From assembly GCA_050273025.1 (NCBI GenBank), contig CP158635.1, forward strand, positions 4,154,001-4,218,000: a stretch of DNA of 64,000 nt. The letters run 5' to 3'. Below, in pieces: positions 14,151 through 26,200 of this stretch. Source of the stretch: Cenococcum geophilum (lineage: Eukaryota). The number at the start of each line of letters is the position of its first letter. Positions within the stretch are counted from its first letter, which is position 1. Made by a program: the position numbers and the translations under genes. The notes beneath the pieces were generated by a model. That model saw only the letters and a list, made by a program, of their open reading frames with translations, did not search any database and was not told where the DNA came from.

Positions 14151-15322
14151 AGAACCATCGCTGTATTATATTAAATTATCTAAAATAATAATATTTATTT
14201 TACTAGCCTTATAAATAGCTTTAAAATAGCTTTTATTTATTTAAAATATATTATTAGTATAAAAGAGGTAAATATAATTATGGTTGCCAAATGCGCAGAT
14301 TACTGGCAGGTTGCGCGCAGGCTGTGTGTCAAAAAAACACGATATAGGCTAGTCGGTCGAGTTGCCAAATGCCCTCAACTGCGCGCTAATTGCGTCAACC
14401 ACCAACCATTGAGGCCATTGAAAGGGTACTATATTTTGCTGATGTTTCTCTTATACTATTTTTACTAATTCTATAAGGTCTATATAAAAATTTATTAATG
14501 TCTTTATTTTTTCTTTAGCTATACTACTCGTTTTCTTTACTTATTATAATAATAATAATATTCTTAGCTTATATCTATAATTTGCCTTAAATAGTAATAT
14601 GCCTATCCCTTCTTATAGTGTTGTATTATATATAAACTATATAACTAGTAATAATAATACCCAATTATTTTATGTATAATTAATATAGTATTTTAAATAC
14701 TGCTCTAGTATCTAATTTAATCTTTCTATTTAACCATCTATCTGCGGATAATATGCGGTAGAAGTTACTGCTCTTACTCCTTATTCCGCTAAAAATACCT
14801 CCTAAAATACTGCTATAAATCTTAAATCTCTATTTAATATAATCTTGCTTAGTGCTCCATATTTTATAAATACTTCTTTAATATAGATTCTAGCGATATC
14901 TTCTACTAATATTTCTTCTATATATGCTATAAAGTATCCCTACTTTATAAGCTTGTCTATTATTACTAAGATCGTATTATAATCTTATCTAGTAATAGGG
15001 TCTTTTAACTTAGGTAACTTAATAATAAAGTCCTATAATATAACCTTTTATAGTCTCTCTAGTATTTTAATAAGTTGTAGCCCTCTATATAGCTTATATC
15101 TTATTAGTTTATTTCTTTAGTAATCTAAATATTTTTTTATAACTTTCCGCGCTAAGCCCTAGATTCTATCAATAATATACTCTTTCTAGAGTCTTAATAC
15201 TAAGCCTATAGCTCTATTATGTCCTTAAGTTATTCCCTTATAGAAATCTTCTATAAAATACTCTACTATACTTCTTAGGATATACTATACTTCTCTATAT
15301 TTATATAGTATTTCTTCTCCTA

Positions 15323-18300
15323 TATAACGGAACCTTATAGTAAGAACTACGGTGGGCTCGTTATTAGGCTAGGTGTGTAGGAAATGTAAGTACAAAAGTC
15401 AACAACGTAATAATAACTAGTGGAGTAGTTGCCTAATAGATTAACTCTAATTATATTCTAAGAATCACTATAAGGAAGGAACTATCTAGGTAGGGACTAA
15501 GGGTCCTTAAATACACAACCGTACTCCTATAAAATCCTTCTTATATATAATATACGTCTTATATATAAGGTACGTAAGTTCCTCTTATTCCTCTCGTTTA
15601 ATACGTAGCATATTATATAACCTTGGTTACTATTCCTCGTCATATAGTTCTATCGGCTCTATCCTAAACTGTGCCTAAATTAACCAACTAGCTTCTTCCG
15701 TCTCTTCTCCAAGTAGTCGTAATATTGTACTTAAAGCGTCCGTAACACTATCTCCCTCCTCTTTATCTTTATCCTTAAAGATTTAAAACATCTCTAAGTT
15801 ATTTATTAAAGGTGTAATATCCATCTAATTAATTTAGTTAATATTATTGCTTATTATACCTAAAGCAATTTCTTCTTTACACGCCCAACGTCGTGCTCGC
15901 ACTATTGCTACAATACTATCTCTTAGTAAGATTATACCGTCTCCATATTCTCGTTATTTAAAAGAGGGGTTAGTTTATATTACGTTGGCGAACCTATCTT
16001 TACAATAACCGTCCTCTTACTTAGAGTGTACTAAAGCGAATATTTGTTCGTCCTATGACGTTCGCTTTACTTCTAATGCTAAATATACGCGACCTATTAC
16101 TCTTAATAGTCGTCTAGTTCCCTAATTAATTTATCTTAGGGTCTTATATTTAATTTACTGCTATACAGCTAGATGGTAAACTATTATAAGCCCTTACTAA
16201 GTTAGAACGTTCCCGTGATGTAGAACAGAAGGCCCTAAATACTTAAATTGCGGCATCTACTCGTCTGCTTTGTCTTAAGAAGGTTCGTAAGAAGGTTTAT
16301 TCTAAGGAGTAGAAACTTATAAAATAAGGTTTATAGGAACTAGGTAATAAAAGAACGGACTTTCCTCTAATAGAGAAGGAAATAGATCTAAGTAGTTCGG
16401 CAACTGCTCTTCTTAGGTCCCCCTTAGGTGACTTATTCTTTAGCAATTCTTCTTTATTAATACTACCTAACCTAATCTCTTTTAATACTCCTATACCTTT
16501 CCTATAGCGTTCTTTAAATTCTCTAGTAGCTCCTAGGTAGTCTTAATATAGCCTATCTACTTAACCTCGTACTATATTTCGTTGTTAATATCCTTATAAT
16601 TAATGATCTTTAATACTTACTATTTATCTTCTTCTTATCCTCTATACGTGTCTACTTTATAAACCGGTGGCTTAATATTCCTATATACTAGCTTTAGCAT
16701 TATAATATACTATATAGGGTAGATCTTTATTTTAGCTAGTAGGTTTAACTTAAATATAACCAGTAAAATCCTCTACGTAATTTTAAAAGGTCCTAGTTTA
16801 ACATAGTCTAACTTCTTACTTAGTTATTAACTCTTGAAATTTTTGTGTAGTAACTATACTTTATCTCCCTCCTTAAGATCTAGTCCCTTAAATCTCTTAG
16901 CATTATAGTACCTTTTTATTCTTTCTTATACTTTCTTTACTAATTCTATAAGGTCTATATAAAGATTCATTAATGTCTTTATTCTTTCTTTAGCTATACT
17001 ACTTATTTTCTTTACTTACCGTAGTAACAATAATGTTCTTGGCTTATATCCGTAATTTGCCTTAAATAGTAATATGCCTATTCCTTCTTAAGGTGTTACA
17101 TTGTATATAAACTATATAACTAGTAATAGTAATACCCAATTATTCTATACATAATTAACATAATGCTTTAGATACTACTCTAGCGTCTAATTTAATCTTT
17201 CTATTTAACCGTCTATCTGCGGATGGTATATAGTAGAAGTTACTACTTAAACTCCTTACTTTGCTAAGAACACTTCCTAAAATACTACTATAAATCTTAG
17301 GTCTCTATCCGATATAATCTTACTTAGTACTCCATATCTTATAAACACTTCTTTAATGTAGATTCTAGTAACATCTTCCGCTAAGATTTCTTCTATATAT
17401 GCTATAAAGTATCCCCACTTTATAAGCTTATCTATTATTACTAAGATCGCGTTATAATCTTATCCAGTAATAGGATCTTTTAATTTTAGTAACTTAATAA
17501 TAAAGTCCTATAATATAACCTCCCATAGTCTTTTTAGTATTTTAATAGGTTATAGCCCTCTATATAGCTTATGCCTTATTAGTTTATTCCTTTAGCAATC
17601 TAAATATTCTTTTATAACTTTTCTAGCTATTCTCTAAATTCCGTTAATAATATACTCCTCCTAAAGTCTCAACACTAAGCCCATAGCTCCATTATGTCCT
17701 TAAGTTAGTCCCTTATAGAAGTCTTCCATAAACTACTCTACTATACTTCTTAGGATATACTTCGCTTCTTAATTTTCGTATATATCCGTCTATAAATCTT
17801 CTAGCTATACTTCTAGAATTCTTTATACCTAAAAGCTTTCTAGTATCTCGTAGACTTTCTCTAGTTTATCGTCTTCTTAAGTTGCTGCAATTCTTAGATA
17901 ATTATACCTAATTAATCTGTCTATATCCTTTCGTAATAAAGCCCCCAATAGCTTCTCCTTATTTTATAGTTTAGCTTTACGGCTTAGAGCATCTACCTTC
18001 GTATTATCTGTACCTTTAGTATACTAAATCTTAAAATAGTATTCTATAAGCATCTCTGCCCATCTAACCTATCTTTAGTTAAGTTCCTTTATTATTAGAA
18101 ATCCTATTAGGTTCTTATAATCTATCTTAACTATAAATAGTTTTTCTATACCTTATAAGAATACTCTCTATTTTTTTAATACTGCAACTATACCTAATAA
18201 CTCCTTATTATAGATATTATAGTTTAACTCTAGTGGTGTCATCTTTTAACTATAGTATACCACTAGGTACTATCCGTCTTAATGCCTTTATATAAAGCAT

Positions 18301-21300
18301 ACCCCTAGTATATAGTCTAATATATTCGTCTCTACAACTATCTCTAGTCCTAGTTAATAGATCTTAAGAACTGGCTCCTAGGTAAACAACTCTTTAACTT
18401 TTTTAAAGAGTTCTTTTTACTCCTCTCCCTATACCCATAGTTCTTCTTTCTTTATTAACCTCATAAGTGGCTTAATATCCTTTAACCACTGCGCTATAAA
18501 CCTTCTATAGTAATTGCAAAACCCTAGGAACAATCTTAACTATATAACGTTCTCTGGTTCCTACCAATTTACTATAGCCTTAATCTTCTTTAGATCTATA
18601 CTAAGTTGGCCTAGTTTAATAATAAATTTAATAAAATCAGTCTTCCTAGTAAAGAACTCGCATTTCTTAATTACTACTAGCATCTGTTCTTCTTATAGTC
18701 TCTTTAAAACCCATTTAACGTATTCCCCGTATTCTTCCTTAGTTATTAAGTAGATAATAATATCGTTAAGATATACCATAACAAATTTATCTAAGTATTA
18801 TCCTAACACATTATTAATACGCTTTTAAAACGTTGCTAGTATGTTTATAAGCCCGAATTATATAACTAATAGCTTATATAGTCCTTCCTTTAACCTAAAG
18901 GCTGCCTTTTATTTATTGCCTTTCTTAATCCTAATTTAATGGTACGCCCATCTTAGATCTATCTTTATAAAGATTTACGCATTACCTATCCTATTTTAGA
19001 TTTTACTAATTAAGGGTAAAGGATACCTATCCTTCCTAGTAATGCTGTTTAACTATCTATAATTAATATACAGCCTTAGTTTACCATTTTTCTTTAGTAT
19101 AAACAGTACTAGATAACCCGCTAATAACTGCGATGGTCTAATATATCCCTTTTATAGATTTTCCTAAATAAACTCTTTTAATACTTTACCTTCTTCTTTG
19201 GTAAGCTTATAGATTAGAAAGAACTTTAGACTTATTCCTAGTTCTAACTCTATCTTATAGTCCTATGCTATATATTCTAATAGCTTCTTACTTTCTAGTA
19301 ACTATAGTTTCTTACCATACTTATAGTATCTCTTTAGTATATAACTTAGTCCTTTTTCTATTTCTTTATAAGTTGCTCCTACTTAGTACCATACCATCTT
19401 AGCTTATTATTACATCTTACGGCGTTAAGTATTTCTAATATTAACCTAACCTATAATCCAATTAATCCTTAGATTATATTCCTATAACTAAGGTATACTT
19501 AATACTGCCTTATCCTGTCCTAATAGTAGGATATTAAAAGACATCTTAATTTATCTCCCTTTAATAGTTATCTAAATAGGTCCTATTTTAAGATTAATAA
19601 TCCCTCCTCCATAGGTTATTAGATCTCCTGAAATTATAACTAATAGGTAAAATTGCTCCTTTTATCTATAAGGTAGTCCTATTCTCTTAACTGCTGCTAG
19701 TAAGATATAGTTTCGCGTTACTCCACTATCTATTAGCGCTTTAAACTGCTAATCTTACTAATTAACTTATAAATTTAGGTGTCGTCCTTAAATTCCTTTA
19801 AGGGTCTAAGGCTCTACTACTAGCTCCCTCTAGTCCTATAGGCCTCTACTTTTCCCAACTATTAGCTGCTTAATCCTAGTGCACTTAGCTTACTCTTTAG
19901 CCAATGCCTAGTTCGCTTTTTATCTTTAATATACTATAAATACGTGTTTTCTAGGCATTCCCACCACTATTGTCCGTCTAAGCATTCTTCCGTAAGGAAT
20001 CTTTCTAGTTAAAGTACTAAACTTCCTTCCTCTTAGACCTCTGCTAGATGCCATCTATACATATATTTAGCATTCTTATACTATTACTTATTTATTATCC
20101 AGTACATCCTTATAAGGTATTTCCGATTCTTTTCCTTTAGATTCTTATATATTTTATATATATTATCCACGCACATAATCTATAATAACGTATAGTGTAC
20201 TAGGTGCTTTAGGTTAACTCTTAGCTTATCTTTATCCTTAAGTTTAAATCTTTATTATGCTAATCTAAACGTTATAACTTTATTTACAGGTACTAAGATG
20301 CGCCTCTTACTTCTCTAGTCCTCTAAACGTTCCTCTAGATCCTTTAATATTATAATTAAGGCTCCTTTAATATATGTTATAGCCTTCTCTATAATCGGGT
20401 GGTCCTAAATAACTTTTTTATCCAACTATATATAGAAATCTTCCTACTTATTATTATGCCTTTGCCTATACCACTTTTAGTACAGCTGCTAGAGTGTATA
20501 CGGTCTGTCCGTAAGGAAGTATCTTCTTATTACTATATTATAACAGCCCTTTATATATTATTCCTCGAACCTAGTTAAAATCCTTAAATCCTCTTTATCT
20601 TCCAATTTAGTAAGCTACTTAGCTCTTAGTATGCCTACTCTCAGTCTATTAGTAATTCTTTATACTAGTGCTCTGTCCTTTATACGTCCTAATATACTAG
20701 ATCTCTTATCTAGTTTCTGTTCTTACTATGCGATAATTCTTTACCTAAACTCTTTTATAGTTTCTTTTAGTTTGCGCCTTACGCTCTAATCCTTAAAGTT
20801 ATCTTACTTCTTAATTCTAGTATTAATTTTTTAATCTTTAATCCGAACACTTCGTTTAACTAGTAAATCCTCTAGGTCTATATATTCGTCTCCTAGTCTA
20901 ATTGCTATTTATACTATAGATTCTCTAATCTATAAAGAAGCCCCTTACCTCTTATCTATAGGTGTCCTAATTTATACTCCGAATTCTTAACCCCTTAGGT
21001 TCTTTAATCCTAAGCTTGCTTCTAACTTAAGCTTAGCTCTAGCCTTAGTCCAACTAAGCTTACTTAGTATTCTTATCTTATCTTAAGAGTCTTAAATCTC
21101 ACTTATCTCGTCTTAAGAGTCTTATACCTATAGGAACTTCTATCCCAAGCTTATTTATATATCTTTAAACTAAGCTACTACTCTACTCCATTGGTTATCG
21201 TCCGTTATAGGTCCTTAAGCTTGCCTTATCTCATTTTAAGAATCTTAGTTGTCTCTTATCTCGCTATAAGAATCTTAAGCCTTTGGCCTTTTGCCTTTAT

Positions 21301-23273
21301 TAAGTGCTGAAGTAGTTTGCTATCCTACTTCTCTTACGTCTTATAAAGCGATAGATATTATATCTAGTAGGGTTTTAATCCCTACTAATATTCCTTATTC
21401 TATAATGGAATTATCCTCTACCTCTAGTATAATATCTTTAAGGTCTACTCGCTTCTAATAAGCGGCCCTTATTACCTTATCGTTATAGAATATTTCGCCT
21501 AGGTCGAATTTATCGTCCTTAATATCCAATCTGCGAACTGGTTTATTAGTTCCTTTATATTCTATAGGTGCTAGCTCTTATAGCTAATAGCTTACGCCAT
21601 ACTTAGCATCCTTATAAATTTAGTATACGTTATTATAACAAAACGCAAAACTTTTAATTAAACATTCTTTTATTCCTCGCAGCATATTATCGTCCCTTTA
21701 TACGTGTATATCGTCTGCTAGTCTTATACTCTTTACTATGTAGTAACTCTACCCACTTCTATAGTCTCTAATATAATAACCCTGTTTTCCGCAATTTATA
21801 TAAGCTCCTTCTTTAAACCATTTCTCTTGCTATAGAGTCCGCCTAAATGTCTTCTACTAATAAGATCCCTAATTTAGCCTCTACTTCTTAGACCTTTAAT
21901 TACCTAATCCTTATCCTCTGGGTTTCTATAGTTTGCTCCATCTCTTATAGGCTTCTTTAGTGCCACTTAGGTCCATTAGCTCTGCGCCATACTATAGTTT
22001 CTAACTTAGCTTTTATTGTTGCGTACTCTGCGCCTTATATAACTATAAAACTCTATCCTAGCCTCTCTTAGCCTGTTCCCTTTAGTAGATCTAATTATTA
22101 ATCTTAATTACCTAATCTATTAGTTCCCTTAGGGTATCCATATCTTCCATTAGGATAATCGCGTCCTAGACTTTAGCCTTAAGTCCCTATTTATACTATA
22201 CCATAAGCGCCCTATTATTCCACTCTACTTATATTGCTAGTATCTAAAACTATATTATATACTTAATTGCTAAAGTTCATTATACGAGGTTCTAAAGTTT
22301 TCTTTTTACTATAGTTATTCCTTCCAGGTCTCTAAATATCTGCGTAAGTCGTTCTATAAATCCTTCCTAACTTAAGAATATAAATCGCACGTCTTAGTTA
22401 GTAGTCGTCATTCCGTTTACCTATATCTCTATAAGGTAAGGTTTAAACCACTTAAGTGCTTTTCCTAATAAGAATAGTCCTACATAGGCTATCCGATCCA
22501 TAGGCGTAGGTAACTTTACTCCTTCTTATAAGACCTTAAAGTGTATCTGCATAAGGAATCCTTTAAGCTTTAACCTCTCTTCTATAAATCTCTTAATTAA
22601 TAGTAGCTTAATCTTTGCTGCTCCTATCCCATTAAATCTTTCTTCCAATATTGTATTATTAGCTATTAGCTAGTTAACTATTTCCTATAGCTGTCTAACC
22701 GTTATAGGTTACTGTAAGTTAGTATCTACTATACTAGTATCACCTCCTGTCCTTAAAGTAGTTGCTACTATTAATGGCGTTATAGTAGCTGCTTTTAGTA
22801 GCATGTTGTTTAACTTCTTATATTAATACTATAACTAAGTAGTAATTATATAACGGAACCTTATAGCAAGAACTACGGTAGGCTCGTTATTAGGCTAAGT
22901 ATATAGGAAATATAAGTATAAAAGTTAACAACGTAATAATAACTAGTGGAGTAGTTGCCCAACAGATTAACTCTAATTATATTCTAAGAATTACTACAAG
23001 GAAGGAACTATCTAGGTAGAGACTAAGGGTCTTTAAATACACAACCGTACTCCTATAAAATCCTTCTTATATATAATATACGTCTTATACATAAGGTATG
23101 TAAGTTCCTCTCGTTCCTCTCGTTTAATATGTAGCATATTATATAACCTCGGTTACTATTCCTCGTCATATAGTTCTATCGGCTCCATCCTAGACCATGC
23201 CTAAATCAACCAACTAGCTTCTTCCGTCTCTTCTCCAAGTAGTTATAACATCGTACTTAAAGCGTCCGTAACA
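15323..23273 (-). mobile_element. Ty3/Gypsy chromovirus family A, copy 2 (complete, 7.95 kb, nested in copy 1)
   Basis: LTRs at 15323-15747 and 22849-23273, TSD TCCTA (15318-15322, 23274-23278). gag starts ~22805, zinc knuckle ~21770-21810, protease DSG ~19725, RT YLDD-like ~18765, then RNase H, integrase and chromodomain ~16560. Confidence 0.95.
15856..16540 (+). pseudogene. Antisense two-exon ORF of Gypsy A copy 2 (inferred intron 16085-16139)
   Basis: Best-preserved copy. De-RIPed reading: MPKAISSSHAQRRARTIAAILSLGEIMPSPCSRCSKEGLVCIALADPSSRQPSSCSECTKANIRSSCDV...EW|SRIRS...ELERSRDVEQKAL...RLLRLEKVREKV... Confidence 0.65.
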
Positions 23274-26200
23274 TCCTAGATATTCTAACTATTCTTTTAG
23301 CTATATTTTAAAGATCCTTTATACCTAAAAGCTTTCTAATAACTTATAAACTCTACCTAGTTCCTCTTAAGTTGCTATAATTTTTGGATAATTATATCTA
23401 ATTAGTCCATCTATATCTTTTCGCAGTAAAGCCCCTAATGGCTTCTCGTTATTTTATAGTTTAGCTTTTTAACTTAAAGCATCTACTCTCGTATTATCTA
23501 TACCCTTAGTATACTAAATCTTAAAATAGTATTCTATAAGTATCTCTACCTATCTAACCTATCTTTAATTAAGTTCCTTTATTATTAGAAATCCTATTAG
23601 GTTCTTATAGTCCATCTTAACTATAAATAGTTTCTTTATGCCTTATAAGAATGCTCTCTATTTCTTTAGTACTATAACTATACCTAATAACTCCTTATTG
23701 TAGATATTATAGTTTAACTCTAGTAGTATTATCTTCTAACTATAGTATGCTACTAGGTGCTATCTATTTTAATATTTTTATATAAAGTATACCCCTAGTA
23801 TATAATCTAATACATCTATCTCTATAACCGTCTCTAGTCCTAGTTAATAGATCTTAAAAACTAGCTCCTAGGTAAATAACTCTTTAACCTTTTTAAACAA
23901 CCCTTTCTATTCCTCTCCCTATACCTATAGTTCTTCTTTCTTTATTAGTCGCGTAAATAGTTTAATATCCTTTAACTATTGCGCTATAAACCTTCTATAG
24001 TAATTGCAAAACCCTAAAAAAAATCTTAACTATATAATATTCTCTAGTTCTTACCAATTTACTATAGCCTTAATCTTTTTTAAATCTATACTAAGTTAGC
24101 TTAGTTTAATAATAAATCCAATAAAATTAATCTTTTTTAGTAAAGAACTCGCATTTTTTAATTGCTACTAGCATCTATTCTTCTTATAGTCTCTTTAAAA
24201 CCTATTTAATGTATTCTCCGTACTCTTTCTTAGTTATTAAGTAGATAATAATATTTTTAAGGTATACTATAACAAATTCGTCTAAATATTCTCCTAATAT
24301 ATTATTAATACGCTTCTGGAACGTTACTAGTACGTTTATAAGCCTAAATTATATAACTAATAGTTTATATAGTCTTTCCTTTAACCTAAAGGCTGCCTTC
24401 TATTTATTACCTTCCTTAATCCTAATCTAATGGTATACCTATCTCAGATCTATCTTTATAAAGATTTGCGCGTTACTTATCCTATCTTAGATTTTACTAA
24501 TTAAGGGTAAAGGATACCTATCCTTCCTAGTAATACTATTTAACTATCTATAGTTAATACACAGCCTTAGTTTACTATTTTTCTTTAATATAAATAGTAC
24601 TAGATAACCTGCTAATAACTATAATGGTCTAATATATCCCTTCTATAAGTTTTCCTAGATAAACTCTTTTAATGCTCTACCTTTTTCTTTAGTAAGCTTA
24701 TAGATTAGAAAGAACCTTAAACTTATTCCTAGTTTTAATTCTATCTTATAATCCTATACTATATACTCTAATAGTTTTTTACTTTCTAGTAACTATAGTT
24801 TCTTACTATACTTATAGTATCTCTTTAGTATATAGCTTAATCCTTTTTCCGTTTCCTTATAGGTTGCTCCTACTTAGTACTATACTAACTTAGATTATTG
24901 TCGCATTTTGCGTTATTAAGTATCCCTAATATTAACCTAACCTATAATCTAATTAATCTTTAGATTATATTCTTATAACTAGGGCATTCCTAATACTGCC
25001 TTATTATTCCCTAATGGTAATATATTAAAAGATATCTTAATTTATTTTCCTTTAATAGTTAACTAAATAGGTCCTATTTTAAGATTGATAATACCTCCTC
25101 TATAGGCTATTAGATCCCCTAAAATTATTACTAATAGGTAAGGGTACTCCTTTTTTCTATGTAGTAACCCTATTTTTTAACTGCTATTAATAAGATATAG
25201 TTCCTTATTGCTCTACAATCTATTAATACCTTAAACTATTAATCTTGCCACTTAATTTATAAATTTAAGTGTTATCCTTAAATTTCTTTAAGGGTTTAAG
25301 GCTTTACTACTAGTTCCCTCTAGTCCTATAGGCCTCTACTTTTCCTAACTATTAGCTACTTAATCCTGTTTATACTTAGTCCACTTTTAGCCAATACTTA
25401 ATTTGCTTTTTATCTTTAATATACTATAGATACATATTTTCTAGGCATTTCCACCACTATTATCCGTCTAGGCATTCTTCTATAAGGAATCTTCCTAGCT
25501 AAAGTATTAAGTCCCCTTAGCTTTACACTTCTACTAGGTGCTAACTATATATATACTTAGCGTTTCTATATTTCGCCTCGTCCGGTACCTAATATATCCT
25601 TACTAGGTACTTCTAGTTTTTATTTTTAGGTGCTCTATATATATTATACGCATTATCTATATATATAATCTATACCAACGTATAATATACCTAGTGTCTT
25701 AGGTTAACTCTTAACTTGTTTTTATCTTTAAGTTTAAACCTTTCTCGTATTAATCTAAGTGTTATAACTTCGTTTATAGGTATTAAGATTTATCTTTTAC
25801 TTCTCTAGTCCTCTAATTGCTTCTTTAGATCTTTTAATATTATAATTAAGGCTCCTTTAATATAACTTATAGCCTTTTCTGTAATTAGGTGGTCTTAGAC
25901 AACTTTTTTGTTTAACTATATATAGAAATCTTCCCACTCGTCGTTATGTTGTTGCCTATACCACTTTTAGTACAGCCCCTTAAGTATATATAGCTTATCT
26001 GTAAGGAAGTATCTTCTTATTACTATATTATAACAGCCCTTTATATATTATTCTTTAAACCTAGTTAAAATCTCTAGATCCTCTTCTTACTCCAGTTTAA
26101 TAAGCTACTTAGCTCTTAGTATACCTACTCTAGGCCTATTAGTAATTCTTTATACGGGTGCTCTGTCCCTTATATATCCTAGTATACTAAATCTCTTATC

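Larger units (their letters stand above)
11872..14444. mobile_element. Unclassified non-autonomous insertion filled with tandem repeats
   Basis: Absent at the homologous site of copy 2 (~16920). Imperfect terminal inverted repeats catcgggaaaata / tattttgctgatg, with two extra T at the junction (possible TT TSD). Confidence 0.8.
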
